Shown: positions 25,628-38,339, counted from the first letter of the whole stretch. The stretch: 63,919 nt of DNA, filler included, from Vicugna vicugna (GCA_013265495.1; 79 parts of 76 records of this genome joined end to end with filler, not necessarily neighbours in it), one strand, 5' to 3'. A program made the numbers and translations. Notes: generated by a model from the letters alone, not told the origin.

Positions 25628-26775
25628 TCGTCAGCGCGTGGGTTCTAACGGAAAGCCTAAGCTCGTCGCCCCAGAAGGTTTTCCTTATGTCTCTGTGCCA
25701 GGGAATACTAGGGGGATTGGCAGGATATCCCAGTGACAGAGGCTGCCTCTCCAATGTCAGGGAAGTTATTTCTCGGACTTCCCCGAACAGGGAACACCTG
25801 TGACTGAAGAGAGCTGCGTGGAGTTGTCTCTCGAGATCCCCCACGCGCTGACAATGGTTCCGGAATCCTGAGCGTGGGGAGGTTCCACCAACTTTCGTCA
25901 GCGCGTGGGTTCTAACGGAAAGCCTAAGCCCGTCCCCCTGAGGATTTTCCTAATTTTTCTTTGCCTGTGAATGCTAGGGGGGTTTGCAAGATTTCCCAGT
26001 GTCAGAGGCTGCCACCCCAACGTCAGGGAAGGTATTTCTCGGACTTCCCCGAACAGGGAACACCTGTGACTGAAGAGAGCTGCGTGGAGTTGTCTCTCGA
26101 GCTCCCCCACGCACTGACAATGGTTCCGGAATGGTGAGCGTGGGGAGNNNNNNNNNNNNNNNNNNNNNNNNNNNNNNNNNNNNNNNNNNNNNNNNNNNNN
26201 NNNNNNNNNNNNNNNNNNNNNNNNNNNNNNNNNNNNNNNNNNNNNNNNNNNNNNNNNNNNNNNNNNNNNNNNNNNNNNNNNNNNNNNNNNNNNNNNNNNN
26301 NNNNNNNNNNNNNNNNNNNNNNNNNNNNNNNNNNNNNNNNNNNNNNNNNNNNNNNNNNNNNNNNNNNNNNNNNNNNNNNNNNNNNNNNNNNNNNNNNNNN
26401 NNNNNNNNNNNNNNNNNNNNNNNNNNNNNNNNNNNNNNNNNNNNNNNNNNNNNNNNNNNNNNNNNNNNNNNNNNNNNNNNNNNNNNNNNNNNNNNNNNNN
26501 NNNNNNNNNNNNNNNNNNNNNNNNNNNNNNNNNNNNNNNNNNNNNNNNNNNNNNNNNNNNNNNNNNNNNNNNNNNNNNNNNNNNNNNNNNNNNNNNNNNN
26601 NNNNNNNNNNNNNNNNNNNNNNGTCTCTCGAGTCCCCACGCACTGACAATGGTTCCGGAATCCTGAGCGTGGGGAGGTTCCACCAACGGTCGACAGCGCG
26701 TGGGTTCTAACGGAATGCCTAAACTCGCTTCCCTGTGGTTTTTCCTAATGTCTCTGTGTCAGGGAATGCTAGGGG
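25628..26775 (-). repeat. Sat-A satellite (gapped)
   Basis: TGACTGAAGA at 25801 and 26067. Confidence 0.95.
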
Positions 26776-26875
26776 NNNNNNNNNNNNNNNNNNNNNNNNN
26801 NNNNNNNNNNNNNNNNNNNTTAATTAATTAANNNNNNNNNNNNNNNNNNNNNNNNNNNNNNNNNNNNNNNNNNNN

Positions 26876-27225
26876 ATTTTCACAAGCTTTCCCTAACACT
26901 AAGTTCGAATTCATGCATTTATCACAGAAAAATTTTTCTGCAGCGATTTAATCCTAACAGATGTGTAATTTACATGAATTCCAACAACATGGCATTCCGG
27001 GTTCCGTACATGCTACATGTATGACGGATTCAGCAATCATATGTTTCTGACTTGTGAGCATGTGGATTACTGACCTTTCATCCACCAAACAAGGCGTATA
27101 TAGGCTTAGAATTATTTACTCTGACTTCATAGTTTATCCTATCACCAGGTTCTAAAATCGGACATTTGGCACAAGAGAACCCTCTTTGAGCGAAATCTCA
27201 CCAATACACATGTAATTTACATTGT
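26876..27225 (-). repeat. Sat-B satellite
   Basis: Reverse-complement Sat-B motifs. Confidence 0.9.
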
Positions 27226-27968
27226 NNNNNNNNNNNNNNNNNNNNNNNNNNNNNNNNNNNNNNNNNNNNTTAATTAATTAANNNNNNNNNNNNNNNNNNN
27301 NNNNNNNNNNNNNNNNNNNNNNNNNAGGCTGTGACCTGACCAAGGCCACACAGCCCGTCTTGGGGCTCAGGGCCCCACCCTTGCTTCCAGGCCTGTCACC
27401 AATCAGCTGGGGTGTTCTCTGCCGTGACACAGGACTTGGAGTCCTGACCCTGAGGGCCCCACAACTTCGCTCAGGAGGGGTCTCTGGGGCAGGAGGAGGA
27501 GGCTGGGCTTGGCATGGGGAGGGGGAAGCAGGGAATCCAAGGGGGTGAGCACGGCTCTGGAGTTTGGGGGTGACCAGCAGCAGCAAGGTGAGGGGAGTAG
27601 GAAGGGCCTCCTCACCAGGACTGAGTTTGTCACCCCGGCCAGGGGAGCCGCTCTTCTGCACAAGGGCCAATTTAGAAAAATGTGGAAAACAAAGTTTCAG
27701 GCTCCATGGTAGGTAAGTCCCATTCCAGACGGAAATAGCAGGATGTGACCCCATAAAAAGTGGTGAGCATACGTGAGCCACTGCCCCGCCCAGAAAGAAA
27801 TTCCCCCAAGAGCCAGAGCTCACCCCACACCCACCCAGGGGCCTGGGAGTCCTGGAGCGATGGCCCTGNNNNNNNNNNNNNNNNNNNNNNNNNNNNNNNN
27901 NNNNNNNNNNNNTTAATTAATTAANNNNNNNNNNNNNNNNNNNNNNNNNNNNNNNNNNNNNNNNNNNN

Positions 27969-28650
27969 GTAGAGCACAATTTTTGAGTTATACATGAACA
28001 TGCATGTGTTCATTGTCACATTTGTTTTTCACTGTGAACTACCACAAGATTTTGTATGTATTTCCCTGTGCTATACAATATAATCTTATTTATCTATTCT
28101 ACATATGCTTGTCAGTATCTACAAATTTTGAACTCCCAGTGTATCCCTCCCCACCCCCTCCCCCCTTGGCAACCATGAGTTTGTATTCTATGTCTGTGAT
28201 TCTGTTTCTGTTTCGTATTTATGTGTTTGTTTAAAATCTTTCTGGCTTACTTAGAATGACATTCTCCAGGAACATTCGTGTTGCTGCAAATGGCCTTATG
28301 TTGTTGCTTTCTATGGCTGAATAGTATTCCATTGTGTAAATAATACCACATCTTTATCTTATCCNNNNNNNNNNNNNNNNNNNNNNNNNNNNNNNNNNNN
28401 NNNNNNNNNNNNNNNNNNNNNNNNNNNNNNNNNNNNNNNNNNNNNNNNNNNNNNNNNNNNNNNNNNNNNNNNNNNNNNNNNNNNNNNNNNNNNNNNNNNN
28501 NNNNNNNNNNNNNNNNNNNNNNNNACAGTGGCTGTACTGCATTCCCACCAGCAGTGCAGGAGGGTTCCCTTTTCTCCACAGCCTCTCCAGTGTTTGTCAT
28601 TTGTGGACTTTTGAATGATGGCCATTCTCACTGGTGTGAGGTGATGTGAT
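27969..28650 (-). mobile_element. LINE-1 3' end (ORF2 C-terminus and 3' UTR, gapped)
   Basis: MAIIQKSTNDKHWRGCGEKGTLLHCWWEC; 3' UTR motifs CCCTGTGCTATACA and GGCAACCATGAGTTTG. Confidence 0.92.
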
Positions 28651-29935
28651 NNNNNNNNNNNNNNNNNNNNNNNNNNNNNNNNNNNNNNNNNNNNTTAATT
28701 AATTAANNNNNNNNNNNNNNNNNNNNNNNNNNNNNNNNNNNNNNNNNNNNTAATTGAATATAGCTCCCTGTGCTATATAGTAGGTTCTTGTCATTAATTT
28801 TATAATTATTAATGTGTATCTGTTAATCCTCCCATTCCTGCCTGCTAACCACAGTTTGCTTTCTATGTCCATGAGTCCATTTCAAGGAGCACCATTTTTC
28901 CTAGTAATATATGCTCTTTGGCTGCTTTCAGTTTCAGTAATTCCATCTTATCTGTGGGCACTTTTCTTCTGGTGGACTTTATGNNNNNNNNNNNNNNNNN
29001 NNNNNNNNNNNNNNNNNNNNNNNNNNNNNNNNNNNNNNNNNNNNNNNNNNNNNNNNNNNNNNNNNNNNNNNNNNNNNNNNNNNNNNNNNNNNNNNNNNNN
29101 NNNNNNNNNNNNNNNNNNNNNNNNNNNNNNNNNNNNNNNNNNNNNNNNNNNNNNNNNNNNNNNNNNNNNNNNNNNNNNNNNNNNNNNNNNTTCATGGTAT
29201 GGTGGTGTAGAGACAGGGCCTTTTATGCTTCTTCTCTTTCCTTTTTCTAACACTCATTCTCTTTGCCTCCCAGATCCTCCCCCAGAAGTGCCCAGGGCTG
29301 GTTTGGTGCTGCGCTGAGGGAATATTTGTTAATAAGGCCCTTTCTTCATCTCTTCTCAGCCTCCGTTTCTTTCTCTGCACAATGATGGCTTAGACTAGAT
29401 AAGTGCTTTCAGTTTCTTTTAAAGCCATGGTCCCTGTGAGAAATGGAAAATGCAAATCTCTCCTCTCAACACAAACCTTTAGACTTTGATAATTTCTCCA
29501 AGGAGTGACATAGCTCTTTGTGGAAAATTGATGTGATTGTGATTCCAGGTGGCACAGAAAAGACTTCAGAGATTTATTGCAGGGAGAGGGCAGGAAAGGG
29601 GCAGTATGTCACACTTTCTAGTGTGAGCATTGGAGCAGGGACTTGGATTTAAATACGGTGTCTGACGTGGCCTCTCTCTAATCTTGTACAATGTGATAAA
29701 CTTCTCTACCTCAGTTTCTTGATGTGTCAAGTTGGGGTGATAATATTTTAGGGCTTTTGTGAAACACTATACACAGAATCCATTTGTGTTTCGGTAGAAA
29801 CAAGACCTGCTAGGGATTCAGGGATTTGTTTAAAANNNNNNNNNNNNNNNNNNNNNNNNNNNNNNNNNNNNNNNNNNNNTTAATTAATTAANNNNNNNNN
29901 NNNNNNNNNNNNNNNNNNNNNNNNNNNNNNNNNNN

Positions 29936-30706
29936 GGGAATGCTAGGGGTGATTGCAGGATATCCCAGTGTCTGAGGTTGACTCCCAAAGTTCAGGGAAG
30001 CTATTTTTCGGGCTTCCCCGTACAGGGAACACCTGTGACTGAAGAGAGCTGCGTGGAGTTGTCTCTCAAGTACCCCACGCACTGAAAATGGTTCCGGAAT
30101 CCTGAGCGTGGGGAGGTTCCACCAACGGTCGGCAGNNNNNNNNNNNNNNNNNNNNNNNNNNNNNNNNNNNNNNNNNNNNNNNNNNNNNNNNNNNNNNNNN
30201 NNNNNNNNNNNNNNNNNNNNNNNNNNNNNNNNNNNNNNNNNNNNNNNNNNNNNNNNNNNNNNNNNNNNNNNNNNNNNNNNNNNNNNNNNNNNNNNNNNNN
30301 NNNNNNNNNNNNNNNNNNNNNNNNNNNNNNNNNNNNNNNNNNNNNNNNNNNNNNNNNNNNNNNNNNNNNNNNNNNNNNNNNNNNNNNNNNNNNNNNNNNN
30401 NNNNNNNNNNNNNNNNNNNNNNNNNNNNNNNNNNNNNNNNNNNNNNNNNNNNNNNNNNNNNNNNNNNNNNNNNNNNNNNNNNNNNNNNNNNNNNNNNNNN
30501 NNNNNNNNNNNNNNNNNNNNNNNNNNNNNNNNNNNNNNNNNNNNNNNNNNNNNNNNNNNNNNNNNNNNNNNNNNNNNNNNNNNNNNNNNNNNTTTCTCTC
30601 GACCCACGCACTGACAATTGTTCCGGAATCCTGAGCGTGGGGAGGTTCCAGCAACGTTCTACAGCGCGAGGGTTCTAACGGATTGCGTAAGCTCGTCTCC
30701 CCTGAG
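29936..30706 (-). repeat. Sat-A satellite (gapped)
   Basis: Reverse-complement Sat-A signature. Confidence 0.95.
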
Positions 30707-30806
30707 NNNNNNNNNNNNNNNNNNNNNNNNNNNNNNNNNNNNNNNNNNNNTTAATTAATTAANNNNNNNNNNNNNNNNNNNNNNNNNNNNNNNNNNNNNN
30801 NNNNNN

Positions 30807-31665
30807 GGGAATGCTAGGGGGGTTTGCAGGCAATCCCAGGGCCAGGGGCTGACTCCCCAAGGTCAGGGAAGTTATTCCTCGGACTTGCCCGAACATGGAA
30901 CCAACCTGTGACTTAAGAGAGCTGCGTGGAATTTTCCCTCGATGTCCCCCACGCACGGAGAATGCTTCCGGAACCCTGAGCTTGGGGAGGTTCCACCAAC
31001 GGTCGGCAGCGTGTGGGTTCTAACGGAATGCCTAAGCTCGCCTCCTATGAGGATTTTCCTAATGTCTCTAAATGCTAGGGGGGATTGCAGGCAACCCCAG
31101 TGACAGAGGCTGCCACCCCAAGTTCAGGGAAGTTATTGCTCGGATTTCCCTGAACAGGGAACCCACCTGTGAAAGAAGAGAGCTGCGTGGATTTGTCTAT
31201 CGAGCTCCCCCACGCACTGAGAATGCTTCCCTAAACCTGAGCGTGGGGAGGTTCCACCAACGGTCGGCAGCGCGGGTGTTCTAACGGAATGCCTAAGCTC
31301 GCCTCCCCTGAGGGTTTTCCTAATGTCTGTCTGCCAGGGAATGCTAGGGGGGTTTGCAGGCAATCCCAGTGACAGAGGCTACCTCCCCATGGTCAGGGAA
31401 GGTATTGCTTGGACTTCCCCGAAAAGGGAACCCACCTGTGACTGAAGAGAGCTGCGTGGAGATTTCTCACGGGCTCCACCTCGCACTGACAATGCTTCTG
31501 GAACCTTGAGCGTGGGGAGGTTCCAGCAACGGTCGGCAGCGCGTGGGTTCTAACGGAATGCCTATGCTCGCCTCCTATGAGGATTTTCCAAATGTCTATC
31601 TGCCATGGAATGCTAGGTGTGTTTGCAGGCAATCCCAGTTACAGAGGCTGCCTCCCCAAGGTCAG
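30807..31665 (-). repeat. Sat-A variant subfamily, ~269-bp monomer
   Basis: Diagnostic GGCAA(T/C)CCCAG and GGAACC(C/A)ACCTG in every monomer; anchors 31157 and 31426. Confidence 0.9.
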
Positions 31666-31765
31666 NNNNNNNNNNNNNNNNNNNNNNNNNNNNNNNNNNN
31701 NNNNNNNNNTTAATTAATTAANNNNNNNNNNNNNNNNNNNNNNNNNNNNNNNNNNNNNNNNNNNN

Positions 31766-32557
31766 TCTCAGAACTGAGCATGTGGAGAGACGATCATTCA
31801 TCCAGCACCAAGGGAAAGTTTGCAGGAGAAACCTTTATTCTGATTTCTCAGTCTGTTTCCTAGTGCCGGTTTTAAGTGCCTGCCGTTTTCACTGTAAAAG
31901 AGGTTTGGAGCTTGTACCTCCGATATATATGTATGGAGTGGAGTTTTCAACTGAAAAGAAACTTTGTGTTCCCTTCAAGCTAGGTGAAGGACGGCTTTCA
32001 CACACACTTATCTCTCAGAACTGAGCATGTTGTTAGACGTTCTTTCATCCAGTACCAAGGGAACGGGTTGCAGGAGAAACCCTTACTCTGGTTTCTCAGT
32101 CTGTTTCCTAGTGCCGGTTTAAAGTGCCTGCCGTTTTCACTGTAAAACCGAGTTGGATCTTGTACCTCCCCATATAAATGTATGTAGTGGAGTTTGCAAC
32201 TGAAAAGAAACTTTGTGTTCAATTCAAGCNNNNNNNNNNNNNNNNNNNNNNNNNNNNNNNNNNNNNNNNNNNNNNNNNNNNNNNNNNNNNNNNNNNNNNN
32301 NNNNNNNNNNNNNNNNNNNNNNNNNNNNNNNNNNNNNNNNNNNNNNNNNNNNNNNNNNNNNNNNNNNNNNNNNNNNNNNNNNNNNNNNNNNNNNNNNNNN
32401 NNNNNNNNNNNNNNNNNNNNNNNNNNNNNNNNNNNNNNNNNNNNNNNNNNNNNNNNNNNNNNNNNNNNNNNNNNNNNNNNNNNNNNNNNNNNNNNNNNNN
32501 NACGGCTTTCAAGCACACTTATCTCTCAGAATTGAGCATGTGGAGAGACGTTCGTTC
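31766..32557 (-). repeat. Sat-D ~247-bp satellite (gapped)
   Basis: GAACTGAGCATG at 31771 and 32018 (247 bp apart). Confidence 0.9.
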
Positions 32558-33918
32558 NNNNNNNNNNNNNNNNNNNNNNNNNNNNNNNNNNNNNNNNNNN
32601 NTTAATTAATTAANNNNNNNNNNNNNNNNNNNNNNNNNNNNNNNNNNNNNNNNNNNNTGCCTCAAACCAAACAATAATCACAGCCCAGGTTATGAATGTA
32701 GCTGTATGGGGATTCCATCACAACAAAGGCAACACCAGTAATTCGAGATAGACCAGACAACACACACAGGAACAGGACATGGCATCAATGTCTAGGACAA
32801 TTTGTCCTCACAGAAATCCCATGCAATTGTGTAGAGCCAAGAGTCTAAAGTTTTCACTTAACCAAGCCCTAGAAGTCTACATTAGATACCTGAAATTACC
32901 TGACCAGTAGAGATGAAGAAATACAGTAAAAGGAAAAGGAAGTNNNNNNNNNNNNNNNNNNNNNNNNNNNNNNNNNNNNNNNNNNNNNNNNNNNNNNNNN
33001 NNNNNNNNNNNNNNNNNNNNNNNNNNNNNNNNNNNNNNNNNNNNNNNNNNNNNNNNNNNNNNNNNNNNNNNNNNNNNNNNNNNNNNNNNNNNNNNNNNNN
33101 NNNNNNNNNNNNNNNNNNNNNNNNNNNNNNNNNNNNNNNNNNNNNNNNNNNNNNNNNNNNNNNNNNNNNNNNNNNNNNNNNNNNNNNNNNNNNNNNNNNN
33201 NNNNNNNNNNNNNNNNNNNNNNNNNNNNNNNNNNNNNNNNNNNNNNNNNNNNNNNNNNNNNNNNNNNNNNNNNNNNNNNNNNNNNNNNNNNNNNNNNNNN
33301 NNNNNNNNNNNNNNNNNNNNNNNNNNNNNNNNNNNNNNNNNNNNNNNNNNNNNNNNNNNNNNNNNNNNNNNNNNNNNNNNNNNNNNNNNNNNNNNNNNNN
33401 NNNNNNNNNNNNNNNNNNNNNNNNNNNNNNNNNNNNNNNNNNNNNNNNNNNNNNNNNNNNNNNNNNNNNNNNNNNNNNNNNNNNNNNNNNNNNNNNNNNN
33501 NNNNNNNNNNNNNNNNNNNNNNNNNNNNNNNNNNNNNNNNNNNNNNNNNNNNNNNNNNNNNNNNNNNNNNNNNNNNNNNNNNNNNNNNNNNNNNNNNNNN
33601 NNNNNNNNNNNNNNNNNNNNNNNNNNNNNNNNNNNNNNNNNNNNNNNNNNNNNNNNNNNNNNNNNNNNNNNNNNNNCTAGGGAAGCCTATGCCACATGAC
33701 CAGACCACCTAATAACAGCAGAGCTAGAGAATGCCACAGGCCTGCAAAACTTAAAAGAATTCAGCAGTTCGATACTTATCCTAAAAGAAAAGTTGAGAAT
33801 TCTCCCCTGAAGGGATAANNNNNNNNNNNNNNNNNNNNNNNNNNNNNNNNNNNNNNNNNNNNTTAATTAATTAANNNNNNNNNNNNNNNNNNNNNNNNNN
33901 NNNNNNNNNNNNNNNNNN

Positions 33919-35041
33919 GGGAAGTCCGAGAAATACATTCCCTGATCTTGGGGAGGCAGTCTCGGACACTTGGATATCCTGCAATCACCCCTACCATTCC
34001 CTGGCACAGAGACATTAGGAAAACCCTCACGGGAGATGAACAAAGGCAATCCGTTAGAACCCACGCGCTGTCGACCGTTGGTGGAACCTCCCCACGCTCA
34101 TGATTCCGGAAGCATTGTCAGTGCGTGAGGGAGCTCGAGAGACAACTCCACGCAGCTCTCTTCAGTCACAGGTGTTCCCTGTTCGGGGAAGTCCGAGAAA
34201 TACATTCCCTGATCTTGGGGAGGCAGTCTCGGACACTTGGATATCCTGCAATCACCCCTACCATTCCCTGGCACAGAGACATTAGGAAAACCCTCACGGG
34301 AGATGAACAAAGGCAATCCGTTAGAACCCACGCGCTGCCGACCTTTTTTGGATCCTCCCCAAGCTCAGGATTCCGGAAGCATTGTCAGTGCGTGAGGGAG
34401 CTCGAGAGACAACTCCACGCAGCTCTCTTCAGTCACAGTTGTTCCCTATTACGGGAAGTCCGAGAAAACACTTCCCTGACCTTGGGGAGGCAACCTCTGA
34501 CACTGGGATATCCTGTAATCACNNNNNNNNNNNNNNNNNNNNNNNNNNNNNNNNNNNNNNNNNNNNNNNNNNNNNNNNNNNNNNNNNNNNNNNNNNNNNN
34601 NNNNNNNNNNNNNNNNNNNNNNNNNNNNNNNNNNNNNNNNNNNNNNNNNNNNNNNNNNNNNNNNNNNNNNNNNNNNNNNNNNNNNNNNNNNNNNNNNNNN
34701 NNNNNNNNNNNNNNNNNNNNNNNNNNNNNNNNNNNNNNNNNNNNNNNNNNNNNNNNNNNNNNNNNNNNNNNNNNNGCACAGAGATATTAGGAAAACCCTC
34801 AGGGGAGACGAGCTTAGGCATTCCGTTCGAACCGACGCCCTGTCGACCGTTGGTGGAACCTCCCCACGCTCAGGATTCCGGAATCATTGTCAGTGCGTGG
34901 GGAAGCTCGAGAGACAACTCCACGCAGCTCTCTTCAGTCACAGGTGTTCCCTGTTCGGGAAAGTCCGAGAAATACCCTCCCTGACATTGGGGAGGTAGCC
35001 TCTGACACTGAGATATCGTGCAATCACCCCTAGCATTCCCT
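33919..35041 (+). repeat. Sat-A satellite (gapped)
   Basis: Anchors at 34083 and 34350 (267 bp apart). Confidence 0.95.
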
Positions 35042-35141
35042 NNNNNNNNNNNNNNNNNNNNNNNNNNNNNNNNNNNNNNNNNNNNTTAATTAATTAANNN
35101 NNNNNNNNNNNNNNNNNNNNNNNNNNNNNNNNNNNNNNNNN

Positions 35142-36244
35142 CAGCCTCTGTCACTGTGATTTCCTGCAAAACCCCCTAGCATTCCCCGGCACAGAAATAT
35201 TAGGAAAACACTCAGGGGAGACGAACTTAGGCTTTCCGTTAGAACCCATGCGCTGCCGACCGTTGGTGGAACCTCCCCACGCTCAGGATTCCGGAACCAT
35301 TGTCAGTGCGTGGGGGAGCTCGAGAGACAACTCCACGCAGCTCTCTTCAGTCNNNNNNNNNNNNNNNNNNNNNNNNNNNNNNNNNNNNNNNNNNNNNNNN
35401 NNNNNNNNNNNNNNNNNNNNNNNNNNNNNNNNNNNNNNNNNNNNNNNNNNNNNNNNNNNNNNNNNNNNNNNNNNNNNNNNNNNNNNNNNNNNNNNNNNNN
35501 NNNNNNNNNNNNNNNNNNNNNNNNNNNNNNNNNNNNNNNNNNNNNNNNNNNNNNNNNNNNNNNNNNNNNNNNNNNNNNNNNNNNNNNNNNNNNNNNNNNN
35601 NNNNNNNNNNNNNNNNNNNNNNNNNNNNNNNNNNNNNNNNNNNNNNNNNNNNNNNNNNNNNNNNNNNNNNNNNNNNNNNNNNNNNNNNNNNNNNNNNNNN
35701 NNNNNNNNNNNNNNNNNNNNNNNNNNNNNNNNNNNNNNNNNNNNNNNNNNNNNNNNNNNNNNNNNNNNNNNNNNNNNNNNNNNNNNNNNNNNNNNNNNNN
35801 NNNNNNNNNNNNNNNNNNNNNNNNNNNNNNNNNNNNNNNNNNNNNNNNNNNNNNNNNNNNNNNNNNNNNNTTCATAGAAGTCCGAGAAATATCTTCCCTG
35901 ACCTTGGGGAGGCAGTCTCTGTCCCTGGGACTTGCTGCAAAACCCCCTAGCATTCCCTGGCACAGAGATATTAGGAAAAACCTCAGGGGAGGCGAGCTTA
36001 GGCTTTCCGTTAGAACCCATGCGCTGCCGACCGTTGGTGGAACCTCCCCACGCTCAGGATTCCGGAACGATTGTCAGTGCGTGGGGGAGTTCGAGAGACA
36101 ACTCCACGCAGCTCTCTTCAGTCACAGGTGTTCCCTGTACGGGGAAGTCCGAGAAACATCTTCCCTGACCTTGGGGAGGCAGTCTCTGTGACTGGAATTT
36201 CCTGCAAAACCCCCTAGCATTCCCCGGCACAGAGATATTAGGAA
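35142..36244 (+). repeat. Sat-A satellite (gapped)
   Basis: Sat-A signature on both sides of the gap. Confidence 0.95.
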
Positions 36245-36344
36245 NNNNNNNNNNNNNNNNNNNNNNNNNNNNNNNNNNNNNNNNNNNNTTAATTAATTAA
36301 NNNNNNNNNNNNNNNNNNNNNNNNNNNNNNNNNNNNNNNNNNNN

Positions 36345-36759
36345 ATTATTGAGTGCCTCTCCACGGGATTTGAAGTCGTTTAACCTACATCCAAATATTT
36401 GGGGATACCTGTGCCCCCTGAATGTTGCAAAGACACTGTTTCCCCACCTTCAGCACACACACGATGTGGTGTTCTGGTATCCTGAGTGTGGGGAGGCTCC
36501 TCCAACTGACAGCAGAACCTGGGATCTAATAGAATCACTTGGCTTGACTTCTCTGAGTGTTTCCATATGCCGGGCTGTGAGCGAAGGTGTGGTTGGACAC
36601 TAAACCAAAGTAATAGCGAGTGCCTCTCTATGAGCAGTGGAAGTGTTTAACTACATCCCCAACCTGGGAACACCTGTGAAAAAAAAAGCGTGGACTCTCT
36701 TTCCCTCCTCCAGTACACACACGGAATTGGTTTCAGATGTCTTGAGTGTGGGGAGGTTC
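36345..36759 (-). repeat. Sat-C satellite
   Basis: GGTATCCTGAGTGTGGGGAGGCTCCTCCAACTGACAGCAG signature. Confidence 0.88.
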
Positions 36760-36859
36760 NNNNNNNNNNNNNNNNNNNNNNNNNNNNNNNNNNNNNNNNN
36801 NNNTTAATTAATTAANNNNNNNNNNNNNNNNNNNNNNNNNNNNNNNNNNNNNNNNNNNN

Positions 36860-37361
36860 CCTGGATCCGGCCGAGAGACCAAGCAGCACTAGGAGAGCTG
36901 GAGAAGTCAGGTTTACTACGCCAGCGGGCCCAGAGGTATTAACACTCTGAGCTCTGGACCCCGTCTGTAGGTTCACACAGGCTTTTATAGGCTGCCAGTT
37001 TACACTTTGCAACATCAACAAAAGTTGACAATTAGGAACAAACTTTGTAGAAATTGACCAATCAGGAGTGAGGGAACTAGGCCAATCAGAAGTGAAGGAA
37101 ATGGACCAATCAGGAGTGAGGGAAATGGACCAATCAGGAGGGAGCTCCATGCAAATAAAGCACTATAAATAGACCAATCAGGAGTTAGCTCAGGGAACCA
37201 ATAGAATCTTAGGGGTAAGTTCCACTTTCCTAGAAGTAAGCAGTCTCAGAGTTTAAAAAGTGAAATAATGGCGCTGGGCCAGGGAACCAAATGGTGCTGG
37301 CAGGAGGGTAATGGCCCTGCCTGGGGGTCCTGCTGTCTTTTTCATGGGGCTTCCCACCTCA
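36860..37361 (-). mobile_element. ERV long terminal repeat (U3-R), 3' end cut by contig edge
   Basis: Minus strand starts TGAGGTGGGAAG at 37361, with TATAAAA at 36989-36983, AGTAAA poly(A) signal at 36917-36912 and six CCAAT boxes in U3. Confidence 0.8.
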
Positions 37362-38339
37362 GTATATTGTGTATATGTATTTACATGCAATATATTGTAT
37401 ATGCGCAGTCAGACTGTAACAATACTGTAACAATTCTACTGAATAAAACTGAATAAAAAAAGGAATTTTTAACTTTCCAATATTTGTGTAGCTCAGTTTT
37501 NNNNNNNNNNNNNNNNNNNNNNNNNNNNNNNNNNNNNNNNNNNNTTAATTAATTAANNNNNNNNNNNNNNNNNNNNNNNNNNNNNNNNNNNNNNNNNNNN
37601 AGAAAATAATTTGGGTAACTTGGTAAATGGTGGAGCTGGGTAAGATGGCCGCCAGTCTGAGACTCAAGTCCATTCTTCTCACCGATGTCTGATACTGCTA
37701 CCTACATTCAACAATGACCGTTGATTTCATATTTAAGTGTAATTTCTAAAAGTGCAAAGCTATATTAGTACTGCTGTGTAAATAATTCTTTTGAGATGTG
37801 ATTGCCAAAAAACTAAAACAAATAAAATCAGGGTGACACTGAGGGGAGGGCAAACTGCATATGGACGGACACAAGGGGACTTTTTGAGGATACAGTTGCA
37901 CAACTCTAGAAATAGCTAAAATGGCTGACTTGTACAATTACAATGTGTGAATTTTAAGGACTGTAAATTACACCTTCATATAGCTATTAAATTAAGAAAC
38001 TGGGATACCAAATTAAGACTAAAANNNNNNNNNNNNNNNNNNNNNNNNNNNNNNNNNNNNNNNNNNNNNNNNNNNNNNNNNNNNNNNNNNNNNNNNNNNN
38101 NNNNNNNNNNNNNNNNNNNNNNNNNNNNNNNNNNNNNNNNNNNNNNNNNNNNNNNNNNNNNNNNNNNNNNNNNNNNNNNNNNNNNNNNNNNNNNNNNNNN
38201 NNNNNNNNNNNNNNNNNNNNNNNNNNNNNNNNNNNNNNNNNNNNNNNNNNNNNNNNNNNNNNNNNNNNNNNNNNNNNNNNNNNNNNNNNNNNNNNNNNNN
38301 NNNNNNNNNNNNNNAGCAGAGGAGGTGGCATGTTAGGAA

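Noticed and set aside
27326..27868. 181-aa Pro-rich minus-strand ORF
   Set aside because: Low-complexity GC-rich open frame with no recognisable domain that runs into the gap.
34181..34197. CENP-B-box-like GTTCGGGGAAGTCCGAG in Sat-A
   Set aside because: Matches only 7 of the 9 essential bases of NTTCGNNNNANNCGGGN (CCGA instead of CGGG); not enough to call a functional box.
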